Source: Thermoproteota archaeon
GTDB taxonomy: Archaea > Thermoproteota > EX4484-205 > JAAOZP01
NCBI GenBank assembly: GCA_049700215.1
Contig: JBNAVT010000012.1
Span: 1 to 55,486 of the forward strand
DNA: 55,486 nt
Direction of reading: 5' to 3'
Shown here: in pieces, positions 47,239-55,486 of the stretch
How positions within the stretch are numbered: the stretch's first letter is position 1
How the letters are laid out: each line of letters opens with the position of its first letter
The notes under the pieces: generated by a model
Database searches by the model: none
Seen by the model: only the letters and a program-made list of their open reading frames with translations
Told to the model about the DNA's origin: nothing
Translations under genes and position numbers: made by a program

Positions 47239-48255
47239 GTGAGCATGGTTAGGCCAAGGGTCTACGTTTCGAGGAGAATACAGGACTCCGCGCTGAGGCT
47301 TCTCAGAGAACACTGCGATGTTGAGCTGCATGACTCCGATCGCCCTGCGCCCAGGAGTATCCTGGTTAAGAGCCTCGAGGACAAGGATGCCGCGCTAATA
47401 CTTCTAGACGACAGGATAGACAGGGAGGTTCTAGAGAAGGCTGGGAGGCTTAAGGTTGTAAGCACCATGAGCGCTGGCTACGACCACATAGATTTGAAGG
47501 AGGCTACTGCGAGAGGAGTCTACGTTGCGAACGTTCCCGGGGTTTTGACAGACGCTGTTGCAGAGTTCGCGCTGGCCCTCATCTTCGCGGTTGCCAGGAG
47601 GGTTGTGGAGGCAGACAGGTTTCTCAGAAGCGGCTCTTGGAAGATAGCTTGGTCCCCGATGTTCATGCTCGGCTCCGAGATAAGCGGTAAGACGCTCGGC
47701 ATAATCGGGCTTGGAGCCATTGGAAAGGCCCTGGCAAGGAGAGCCAGGGACCTGGGAATGAGGGTCATATACTTTAGCAGGACTAGGAAGCCGGATGTTG
47801 AGGCTGAGCTAGGCGTATCATACAGGACTCTCAACGAGCTTCTAAGGGAGTCAGACTTCATCGTTCTCTCAACTGCTCTAACCCCTGAGACTGTTAAGAT
47901 GATTGGTGAGAGAGAGCTTAGGAGTATGAAGCCCTCCTCCTACCTGGTGAACGTCTCCAGGGGGGCGGTGGTCGACGAGAAGGCTCTGGTTAAGGCTTTG
48001 AAAGAAGGGTGGATAGCTGGAGCCGCGCTGGACGTTTTCGAGAAGGAGCCCATCAACCCAGGCAACCCGCTCATAAGCATGGATAACGTTGTCCTAACCC
48101 CGCACATGGCGAGCGCCACCTTCGAGGCTAGGAGGAGGCTTGCTGAGAAGGCTGCCGAAAACATTCTAAGCATCCTCCGGGGAGAGGCTCCTCCAAGCCT
48201 TCTCAACCCTGAGGTTATGAAAGCAAAGCCTTTAGAGAGGGTTAGGATGCTTTAA
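47239..48255 (+). CDS. gyaR: Glyoxylate reductase / D-2-hydroxyacid dehydrogenase
   Basis: GYDHID, GIIGLGAIG, VNVSRG.VVDE, LDVFEKEP and TPHMAS. Confidence 0.85.
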   Translation: MSMVRPRVYVSRRIQDSALRLLREHCDVELHDSDRPAPRSILVKSLEDKDAALILLDDRIDREVLEKAGRLKVVSTMSAGYDHIDLKEATARGVYVANVPGVLTDAVAEFALALIFAVARRVVEADRFLRSGSWKIAWSPMFMLGSEISGKTLGIIGLGAIGKALARRARDLGMRVIYFSRTRKPDVEAELGVSYRTLNELLRESDFIVLSTALTPETVKMIGERELRSMKPSSYLVNVSRGAVVDEKALVKALKEGWIAGAALDVFEKEPINPGNPLISMDNVVLTPHMASATFEARRRLAEKAAENILSILRGEAPPSLLNPEVMKAKPLERVRML

Positions 48256-48266
48256 GGTGAAGAAAG

Positions 48267-49274
48267 ATGAGTCTGGTTAGAGTGGGAGTAATAGGCTGCG
48301 GCGTTATGGGGAAGTATCACGCGCGCGTCTACTCGGAGCTCCCAGGGGTTAAGCTCGTGGCGACCGCGGATGTTCTCGAGAAAAATGCTAGGGAGGCTGC
48401 GAGGGAATACGGGGCGGAGAAATGGTATACTGACTACAACGATCTTTTAGCGAGGCCAGATATTGACGCTGTTAGCATCGTTGTTCCAGATCACCTCCAC
48501 CGGGAGCCTACGGTGGCGGCGGCGAAGGCTGGGAAAGCAGTGCTCCTGGAGAAGCCTATTGCCACAACTCTGAGGGATGCCGACGCCATTGTGAAGGCTG
48601 TTAAAAAAGCAGGGGTAACTTTCCTCGTTGGCCACATAGTGAGGTTCGACTACAATTATGCGAAGGCCAAGGAATACATGGATAGGGGGCTGCTCGGCGA
48701 ACCCGTTTCAATCTGGGCTAGGAGAAACAACTCGATAACCTCCCCGATGCGGTTGAAAGCCTGGCTTAAGGAAACCTCTCCCCTTCTCTTCCTAGGCGTG
48801 CACGACATTGATGTAATGAGGTGGATCATTGGGAGGAACATTACCCGTGTTTACGCTGAAGCGGAGAGCAGGGTTCTCAAGCCCTACGGCGTCAAGGACG
48901 CGGTCTGGTCTGTCTTCAGGTTTAAAGGGGGGACAGTGGGTTCTCTTGAAAACATTTGGGTCTTGCCCTCCACAATGTCTTTCGACTTTAAGCTTGAGCT
49001 CGTGGGGACGAGGGGAAGCATCTGGATAAGCCAGCCCAGCGACAGCTTTTTGTTCTGGGGTGAGAAGGGGCCGGAAACCCTGTCCTACTACCAGCCGGTT
49101 GTTCACGGGCAGGTTAGAGGATATCTCAGGGACGAGATTAGCCATTTCATCAACTGCGTGAAGGGGGTTGAGAAGCCGCTGGTTTCAGCTGAGGATGCGA
49201 GGGCTGCTGTGGAGGTTGCGCTGGCAGTACACAGGTCGCTTAAAGAGGCTAGGCCTGTAGCGCTCCCGTTGTGA
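48267..49274 (+). CDS. Gfo/Idh/MocA family oxidoreductase
   Basis: GVIGCGVMG, VLLEKP and GVHDID. Confidence 0.92.
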   Translation: MSLVRVGVIGCGVMGKYHARVYSELPGVKLVATADVLEKNAREAAREYGAEKWYTDYNDLLARPDIDAVSIVVPDHLHREPTVAAAKAGKAVLLEKPIATTLRDADAIVKAVKKAGVTFLVGHIVRFDYNYAKAKEYMDRGLLGEPVSIWARRNNSITSPMRLKAWLKETSPLLFLGVHDIDVMRWIIGRNITRVYAEAESRVLKPYGVKDAVWSVFRFKGGTVGSLENIWVLPSTMSFDFKLELVGTRGSIWISQPSDSFLFWGEKGPETLSYYQPVVHGQVRGYLRDEISHFINCVKGVEKPLVSAEDARAAVEVALAVHRSLKEARPVALPL

Positions 49275-49338
49275 GAAACGTGTTTTTAAATTCTTCTATA
49301 AGTAATGTTTTTAAGCTAGTTATGGATAATGTCTTTTC

Positions 49339-49875
49339 ATGAGCGAGTTCATAAAGGAGTATGAGGAGAAAAGAGGACTGGCTGAGAAGATAGCTTCCTA
49401 CATCCCCGGCTACAGAGGGTATAAGCAGAAGGAGGTTAGGAGGGAAGCAGACAAGCTTCTAAGGGATTTCATGGTTAAAAAGCTTGAGGCAGCCAGGTCT
49501 CATTTGAAAACGGTCTCAAGGGAGGCTGCCGACTCGGATGCGGTCGAATTGTTTAAGAATCTGAACAGGGTTTCCGCGGTCCTAGACAGGGTTATAAACA
49601 AGATTGAGCATGCTGACTACGGTTACGCGGGCTTCTTCGACCTTGTTAAGGTTCGCGAGGCCGAGCTCGACAAGCTGATGGATTACGACTACAGGCTTCT
49701 AGCGGCTTGTGAAGAGGTCTCCAGAATAGCTGGGGAGGCTGAAAATGCTGCGAGCACAGGAAGCCTAAACGTTCTTCCTGGTCTCTTGAAGCAGCTTGAA
49801 GCCAAGGCTAGGGAGCTTGAATCAGCCTTCGCCTCCAGGGAGGAGGAGATAGTCTCCGTTAAGAGAGGTGTCTAA
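49339..49875 (+). CDS. Conserved-looking all-helical hypothetical protein
   Basis: IPGYRGY..KE.RREADKLLR and DYGYAGFFD..K. Coiled-coil composition. 2 nt from the SPFH gene. Confidence 0.75.
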   Translation: MSEFIKEYEEKRGLAEKIASYIPGYRGYKQKEVRREADKLLRDFMVKKLEAARSHLKTVSREAADSDAVELFKNLNRVSAVLDRVINKIEHADYGYAGFFDLVKVREAELDKLMDYDYRLLAACEEVSRIAGEAENAASTGSLNVLPGLLKQLEAKARELESAFASREEEIVSVKRGV

Positions 49876-49877
49876 AG

Positions 49878-51032
49878 ATGCCTCAGATAATAGAGTGGGT
49901 AGGGGCTTCCGCTGAGGACATTGTTTGGAGATATCCTAAGGAGGAGATAACCTGGGGTGCTCAACTGATCGTCCACGAGTATGAGGCTGCCATATTCTTC
50001 AGGGACGGCAAGGCTTACGATGTTTTCGGCCCTGGAAGACATACTTTAACCACCATGAACCTCCCATTGCTGACAGGCGTGTTGACAAGGGTGGCGGGCT
50101 TCGAAACCACGCCCTTCAAGGCGACAGTCATATTCGTTTCAACGAAGCAGTTTAAAGGATTGTTCGGCGCCAGTGGGCAGACGGTTGAGCTCGCACCCCT
50201 GAAGTTCTACGGGGCATTCTGGTTTAAAGTCGGAGACCCGAAGACCTTTGTGATGGAGGTTGTCGGCGGGCAGAGCGCCTACACGACTGAAGCCGTAAAC
50301 AGCTTCCTCAGGGGGTACATGAATGAGAGGCTTATAACGGGGCTCTCCAAATACGACCTTGTAACGGTCTTCACCAAGCTTGAAGAGGTCTCGTTCAAGG
50401 TTAAGGCGACGATAGACGAGGAGTTTAAGCGCGTCGGCGTAGACATCGTGGACCTGAAGTTTGAAGGTGTTGACACAACGCCCGAGTACAGAGACAGGCT
50501 TTTCTGGATAAAGCAGACAGGTGGCGCAGCCACACAGGTTCTAGCGATGGACACGACTAAGAGCGTCGCCGAGTCCCTAAGCAAGTCGCCGGGGGCGGCG
50601 GCTGGAACAGGAATAGTTCTAGTGCCCCAGCTCATGCAGCAGGCTGCCGCCGGAGCACCCCTAGTAATATGTCCAAGCTGCAAGGCGCAGATTCCTTCAA
50701 CCAGTAAGTACTGTTCAAACTGCGGCTCGCCAATACAGGCGCCCCCGCCGCCTCCTGCGCAGCCGCCTGCCGCTCCTCCCGCTGGGACGGTAGCATGCCC
50801 GAAATGCGGGACGCAGAACCCGGGTACGGCGAAATTCTGCATAAGCTGCGGCACACCTCTGCAGGCCACCGTGAACTGTCCTAAATGTGGAACCTCGAAC
50901 CCTAGTGGAGCCCGATTCTGCATGAACTGCGGTGCAGCGCTGCAGCCTCAGACCGTTAACTGTCCAAAATGTGGGTCAACAGTACCGGCGGGTTCGAAGT
51001 TCTGCCTGAACTGTGGTGAAAAGCTACAATAA
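49878..51032 (+). CDS. SPFH (Band_7_1/YdjI-like) protein with Pro-rich linker and four zinc-ribbon units
   Basis: DIVWRYP...I.WG.QLIV.E...A.FF..G..D.FGPG.HTL.T.N.P. Eight CxxC motifs arranged as CPxCG....A/SKFC..CG. Confidence 0.85.
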   Translation: MPQIIEWVGASAEDIVWRYPKEEITWGAQLIVHEYEAAIFFRDGKAYDVFGPGRHTLTTMNLPLLTGVLTRVAGFETTPFKATVIFVSTKQFKGLFGASGQTVELAPLKFYGAFWFKVGDPKTFVMEVVGGQSAYTTEAVNSFLRGYMNERLITGLSKYDLVTVFTKLEEVSFKVKATIDEEFKRVGVDIVDLKFEGVDTTPEYRDRLFWIKQTGGAATQVLAMDTTKSVAESLSKSPGAAAGTGIVLVPQLMQQAAAGAPLVICPSCKAQIPSTSKYCSNCGSPIQAPPPPPAQPPAAPPAGTVACPKCGTQNPGTAKFCISCGTPLQATVNCPKCGTSNPSGARFCMNCGAALQPQTVNCPKCGSTVPAGSKFCLNCGEKLQ

Positions 51033-51133
51033 TATTTGAAGCATTTCCATTAACAAGTAGACTATGAAATGAATGAGTAAGAATATGCGCTGAATCGGTC
51101 CTGATTTTAGCTCCGCTTTTTATGGACCGAAGA

Positions 51134-51185
51134 TTTATAAGAATATTCTAAAGGGAATATTCTATGGAGAATATTCCCAATATTG
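51134..51185 (+). promoter_or_regulatory. TATA box followed by three GAATATTC palindromes at a 14-bp period
   Basis: TTTATAA at 51134-51140. GAATATTC at 51141, 51155 and 51169. CAATATTG at 51178. Confidence 0.7.
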
Positions 51186-52444
51186 TGATACGGAGAAGGG
51201 AGGAAGATGAGTTAAGAAGCCTGAAAGGGTGGATACTAGTGTATGGAAGGCGGAAAACTGGAAAGACTTTCCTGTTGAAAAGAGTTTTCACACAGGCTAT
51301 TTACTTCATTGTTACTAGGTCTGGCAGTATTGCAGCTTGGGAGGGGGATGGCTTTTCCCATATTGGTCTCGATGAGGCGGTTAAGCGTATTGGAAAACTG
51401 TTGAGGGACAGAAGAATTGTCATATTGGACGAGTTTCAAAGGTTGCCGGATAAGTATTGGGATTCGATTGCCGTTAACCATCCGAATGGAAAGCTGATTG
51501 CAAGCGGCTCCAGCCTCGGCATCGTTAGAAGGGTTTTTGAGAAAAAGAGTCCTCTCCTAGGCCTTTTTTCCCCTTTCAAAGTGGACCTGATAAGCTATCC
51601 TGACGCTATTCTCTCCCTTAGTAGAGTGTGCCCCTCCTTGAAGGATGCTTTACTCTGGGGGCTGATTGTCCGCGATCCCTGGGTGGTCCCTATGATCTCA
51701 TTCCACAGGGATGTTGTTTCAGAAATATGCGACAAAGTTCATTACTTTCTCGCGTCAGCACCCGGACTAGTGGGAGAGGTTTTCGAAGAAGAGGAGAGAA
51801 TGCTTACCAGAGTTTACGATGCTGTCATCAGGATGGTGGGTGGAGGCATGTGGATGCCGGCTGAGATCTCCGGGGCTTTAACCGCGAGCAACCTGATATC
51901 AGGCGGGCTTCCTACAGTAACCGGTTTACTTGAAAGGCTCACAGGCATGGGGATTTTCGAGAAGATCCCGCTGTGGAAGACTAAGGGCCTGAGGAACTAT
52001 TTCAAGCATAGATCTCCGCTGCTCTCACTAACCTATTACCTTGACCAGAAGCTGAACATCAGTGAATCCTCGTACATGAAAATCGATAGAAGCATGGTTC
52101 TAAGCGTGCTGGGTAAGGAGCTACAATTCAGCCTTGGAGAGATGCTTGCCGAGTATCTCGGAGGAATCAGGAGCTACATGATTCTGCCGGATGGAAAGGG
52201 TGATGTAGATATAGTCATTCTGGATTCGAAAGGCAAAACCCCAATCATAGGATACGAGGTCAAGATTGGAGAGATCAGCGAGAGCGAGGCTAAGAAAGCC
52301 GTAGAGCAGATTCATTCTCAAGGGATTCCTAGGGCGGGGCTTGTAAGTTTAAGCGAGAAGCCTCCGAGAGTAGCTGGTTCACACGAGGAAATCGGCCCAG
52401 AGGAGTTAGTGGATTTAGCTATGAAATTGAGGCAGCATGCTTAA
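51164..52444 (+). CDS. Archaeal ATPase (ATPase_2-type) with wHTH and C-terminal PD-(D/E)xK nuclease domain (DUF234-like)
   Basis: YGRRKTGKT, ILDEFQRL, SGSS and C-terminal GDVDIVI....GYEVK. Confidence 0.85.
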   Translation: MENIPNIVIRRREEDELRSLKGWILVYGRRKTGKTFLLKRVFTQAIYFIVTRSGSIAAWEGDGFSHIGLDEAVKRIGKLLRDRRIVILDEFQRLPDKYWDSIAVNHPNGKLIASGSSLGIVRRVFEKKSPLLGLFSPFKVDLISYPDAILSLSRVCPSLKDALLWGLIVRDPWVVPMISFHRDVVSEICDKVHYFLASAPGLVGEVFEEEERMLTRVYDAVIRMVGGGMWMPAEISGALTASNLISGGLPTVTGLLERLTGMGIFEKIPLWKTKGLRNYFKHRSPLLSLTYYLDQKLNISESSYMKIDRSMVLSVLGKELQFSLGEMLAEYLGGIRSYMILPDGKGDVDIVILDSKGKTPIIGYEVKIGEISESEAKKAVEQIHSQGIPRAGLVSLSEKPPRVAGSHEEIGPEELVDLAMKLRQHA

Positions 52445-52502
52445 TGTTTTCAGATTATCGATTAAAAATTAAGGGAAAAGTTATATATTCGGAACCTGCC
52501 TT

Positions 52503-52850
52503 GTGGTTCAGGAGGCTTATGTGATGAGTAGAAAAATCGGGTACGGAGGCTATGCGCTGGCCGTCCTGCTCGTCTCGATCGGCATAGACGGCATACTTTT
52601 TTCAACAGGCTACAGTGAACCACTCATTCTGTTTTCGCTGCCGTTCATCATGCTCGGATTATACACTGTTTTCTTTTCCATATACGCTGCTGACTGGAAG
52701 TACTACCTGATTTGGGGACTATTGATGTGCTGCCTAGGTTTCTCACTCTTCCTGACGATTCTCACTGGCAACCTGCCGCTGAACCTGAGCGTATCCCTCG
52801 TAATAATCGTCTTGGTAGGAGTAATAGTTTCAAGGATTGGTAAACATTGA
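52503..52850 (+). CDS. Small four-TM membrane protein
   Basis: Four hydrophobic segments. Stop overlaps the next start. Confidence 0.72.
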   Translation: MVQEAYVMSRKIGYGGYALAVLLVSIGIDGILFSTGYSEPLILFSLPFIMLGLYTVFFSIYAADWKYYLIWGLLMCCLGFSLFLTILTGNLPLNLSVSLVIIVLVGVIVSRIGKH

Positions 52851-53809
52851 CTGAGACAATGGTTTCTCAGAATGTCTTTAAATGCTCTAACTGCGGCGCG
52901 CCTTTAAACTATACTCCTGAGACAATAGCCTGCGTGTGCGAGTACTGCGGTACGGTCAACTGGTTTTCAACCGGGAGGCTTGAAATATTCGTTCTCCCGA
53001 CTCGCAGTAAGGATGAGGTGGTTAACGCTTTCTGGAGCAGGATGAGGCGCGACCCGGATATGAGCAGGGTTTACGGCGACATTGAGCTGATAGAGGTTCA
53101 GGGCTTCTACGTGCCTGTTCTAGTCGGAGACGTTTCAGCGGTAGGCGAGTGGTCCGGCTTCCAGAGGGTTACTGAGAAAAGGGGTAAATCCTACGTGACT
53201 AGGACAGTGACGAAGAAAGGGTCTTTCAACAATTCTATGAGACTCGCGTTCCAGGCTAGGAGGGAGGCTGCTGAATACGGCTTGGAGGAGCTTGTTGAAC
53301 AGGCGAAGTCCGCTAAGGATCCTCAGCCCCTGGCTGCGATGGACTGGAAGAGGGTTGGGCTGCAGGTTTTAAATGCAGAGCTTCTTCCAGAGGAGGCTGA
53401 GGACGAGCTTAAGGACATGGTTGAAGACGAGTTGAGGGATAGGATACGCTCGTCAAACGGCTTAGACGGCTTCTACTACTATTCCTGCCAGCCCAGGGTT
53501 GACTCGCTCTGGATACTGCTGGCCCCGATGTGGATCCTAGTGTACAAGTATAAGGGCGGCATGTACAGGGCATGTGTCTCAGGCTACAATCTTCAATTCC
53601 TAAGGGTTTCTGAACCAGTCTTTCTAGGTCAGAGGATACTCTACGTGATAGGGAGCATCCTTACGGTGGTGCTGGGCGCCTTCGCGCTAACCCTCTTAAC
53701 ATCCTTTGAAAACTGGTTCCCAGTGGTGGTCTTCATACTTGCTTCAGGAGCCGGAGCCCTACTAGCCAGCAGGGCTGTTAGCGACGTTAGGGAGGAGAAA
53801 TGGAAATGA
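52847..53809 (+). CDS. Zinc-ribbon membrane protein (YdjG-like)
   Basis: N-terminal CSNCGA.L...C.YCG, G.YVP, L.P.W...Y.Y.G..Y...V.G and two C-terminal TM helices. Confidence 0.7.
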   Translation: MTETMVSQNVFKCSNCGAPLNYTPETIACVCEYCGTVNWFSTGRLEIFVLPTRSKDEVVNAFWSRMRRDPDMSRVYGDIELIEVQGFYVPVLVGDVSAVGEWSGFQRVTEKRGKSYVTRTVTKKGSFNNSMRLAFQARREAAEYGLEELVEQAKSAKDPQPLAAMDWKRVGLQVLNAELLPEEAEDELKDMVEDELRDRIRSSNGLDGFYYYSCQPRVDSLWILLAPMWILVYKYKGGMYRACVSGYNLQFLRVSEPVFLGQRILYVIGSILTVVLGAFALTLLTSFENWFPVVVFILASGAGALLASRAVSDVREEKWK

Positions 53810-54807
53810 GCATGAAGACAGTCACATGCTTAAACTGCAACGCTTCCATAACTGTCCCGCAAGCCGCCTCGATAATCGTCTGCCCGTACTGCGGCCACAC
53901 CTTTGAAACCTCAACCGGGAAGGCGTGGACATACTACATGTTTCCAGCCTACGTGGAGAGTTCTTCAGCATGGCGTAAAGCAATGCAGTTCATAAGCAGG
54001 AGGTACGGGGTCCCAGGTGATTTCAACACTGAAGCCAATCTCCGGAGGGCTGAGCTCTACAACATTCCCTACCATGTTTTCAGCTGCAAAGCATACTCCT
54101 CCTGCTCATACGGCGGAAAGCAGGCAACCTATCTTGAAACCAGGAACATGCCTATTCTCGCAGCATACACCGGCACCTGGCTTGACAACCATGCTAAGGA
54201 GCTTTCCTTCTCAGTAAGGGGTAGGAGCTTCTTCAACCCGAGTCAGGCTCAGAGAAGCAGGTTCTACATGCCCACCGTGAGCTACGAGGAAGCCTACAAC
54301 GCTGCTCACAGGTTCATATCCGGGCAGGCGATGGCTGAGGCAAACAGGAGCTGCGGAGGATCAAAGAGGCTTGAGAAGGCTGAAGTCAACTACCTCGGGC
54401 TAGTGCACTACCCGTTCTGGCTCATGGAGTACGTTTACAAGGCTAGGTCTTTCAGGGTTCTCCTAGACGCGTCCGGCGGGAGGGTTCTCTTCGTCGAATA
54501 CCCTTTGAGCACAAGGTCTAGGGCAACCATGCTAACAGCCTCCGCAGTAATCATGGGAGCAGGCCTACTGGCGGGTCTTCTGGCAACAGCGTTAACACGT
54601 TCCCCGCTGGGCCTCGTAGGCGGCCTAGTCTCATCACTCATAGCATCCTCCCCAATGCTTGCGAAAAGCATCTCGATAAAGGATAAGGGTTCGGAAACGC
54701 CTGCGCAGCGCAGGTGGAGCATAGACGCCTGGAGGGTGGCGAGCAGCCTGACTAGGATGCAGGCTTTACAAAGGTTCCCGATAATCCTTGATTATGCTGA
54801 TCATTGA
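53800..54807 (+). CDS. Zinc-ribbon membrane protein (YdjG-like paralogue)
   Basis: CLNCNA...CPYCG, LY.IPY, HYPFW..EY.YK...F..LLD..GG.V....P and two TM helices. Confidence 0.7.
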   Translation: MEMSMKTVTCLNCNASITVPQAASIIVCPYCGHTFETSTGKAWTYYMFPAYVESSSAWRKAMQFISRRYGVPGDFNTEANLRRAELYNIPYHVFSCKAYSSCSYGGKQATYLETRNMPILAAYTGTWLDNHAKELSFSVRGRSFFNPSQAQRSRFYMPTVSYEEAYNAAHRFISGQAMAEANRSCGGSKRLEKAEVNYLGLVHYPFWLMEYVYKARSFRVLLDASGGRVLFVEYPLSTRSRATMLTASAVIMGAGLLAGLLATALTRSPLGLVGGLVSSLIASSPMLAKSISIKDKGSETPAQRRWSIDAWRVASSLTRMQALQRFPIILDYADH

Positions 54808-55081
54808 GGAACTCGTTTAAACTAAGTTCATACATGAACCTCTACCTTCTCCTGCTTACCTCAGACACTACCACGGGTCTGTATCGAGGCTTATCACACG
54901 GCTTCCTCGCGAGAGGGACTGTGCTCAGTAACTTTCTAACGACATTTTGAGTCCCTCGCCATCTCCGGCTTCTGAACGATAGTCACGATGTTCTAATACT
55001 GGAAACCTCTTGTTATTCAGAATAGGTCGAACTTTCTTAGAATCTTTAAATATCCGCTCTCCATGCTTTATAGAACAGCCT

Positions 55082-55486
55082 ATGGCTGAGAAGCTTAGAC
55101 GCGAGTTCATCGAGCTGCTTGAGAAAGACCTAGAGTTCCGCTATACTGTAGCAGGTTACTTAGGGTTATCGGAAGTCTTGAAAAGACTGGATAAGTTAGA
55201 AGAAGGCCAGAACAAGCTTTGGGAGGAGGTTAGAAGCCTGAGGGAGGGTCAGAACAGGCTCGTGGCGGAGCAAGAGAGGATGCGTAAGTACATGGTTGCC
55301 GGCTTCAGGGACCTGAGCAGGGCTCTCGGCGTAACCTTTGAAGATCACGCTGCATCGTTTCTAGAGGTTATGCTCATCGAAATGGGTTACCCTGAGGCGA
55401 GGGTAGAAAGAAAGCATTTGGTTTATGAGGGCGAGGTTATAGAAATAAACTTGTTCTGTGAGGAGCCACTTGTCATGGGAGAGGCG
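55082..55486 (+). CDS. Coiled-coil/PD-(D/E)xK-like (DUF3782-type) protein, truncated by the window edge
   Basis: Manual translation: MAEKLRREFIELLEKDLEFRYTVAGYLGLSEVLKRLDKLEEGQNKLWEEVRSLREGQ...ALGVTFE...EINLFCEEPLVMGE. TTTAAA and TTTATA boxes upstream. Confidence 0.72.
   Translation, partial: MAEKLRREFIELLEKDLEFRYTVAGYLGLSEVLKRLDKLEEGQNKLWEEVRSLREGQNRLVAEQERMRKYMVAGFRDLSRALGVTFEDHAASFLEVMLIEMGYPEARVERKHLVYEGEVIEINLFCEEPLVMGEA

Noticed and set aside
50279-50923. 214-aa minus-strand ORF with repeats
   Set aside because: Mirror of the SPFH zinc-ribbon repeats.
54830-54930. Hairpins in the last intergenic region (CCTCAGAC...GTCTG..GAGG)
   Set aside because: Short imperfect stems without recognisable box motifs; not enough to call an RNA.
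1-55486. CRISPR arrays, tRNA/rRNA genes, integrases or transposase ORFs
   Set aside because: No regularly spaced repeats, cloverleaf or rRNA-like segments, or recombinase/transposase motifs were seen by eye. tRNAscan-SE and CRISPR finders were not run.

Overview
55.5 kb of archaeal chromosome. The evidence is TTTATA/TTTAAA boxes about 25-30 nt ahead of many starts, GGTGA ribosome-binding sites, frequent TTG/GTG starts, and archaeal-type ThyA, core MetE and Trm14. A TACK-type anaerobic heterotroph such as Brockarchaeota or Bathyarchaeia is an inference only. The left half is a carbohydrate-scavenging region: uronate isomerase, Gfo/Idh/MocA oxidoreductase, sugar-phosphate isomerase, DNRLRE surface protein, Opp/Dpp ABC importer, GH38, GH127, epimerase and rhamnulokinase. 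Five divergent UroD/MtaA-fold paralogues are scattered through the window. An AT-rich patch at 24.1-25.3 kb holds an antitoxin with a decayed vapC. Five TAGCGCGCG motifs cluster at 24.2-26.5 kb, three of them where gene or IS similarity breaks. The most striking locus is a tightly coupled pta-ackA-(GlmU-like LbH acyltransferase)-acpP-acpS operon at 26.65-30.82 kb, an acyl carrier protein system in an archaeon with no fatty-acid synthase genes in the window. The right end has an arrestin-fold/Zn-ribbon gene, a wHTH plus ATPase/degenerate-nuclease pair, and an SPFH(YdjI)/YdjG-like envelope-stress cluster interrupted by an ATPase-nuclease gene with a periodic operator-like array. No rRNA, tRNA or CRISPR array was recognised. 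All family calls come from motif recognition by eye; no searches were run.
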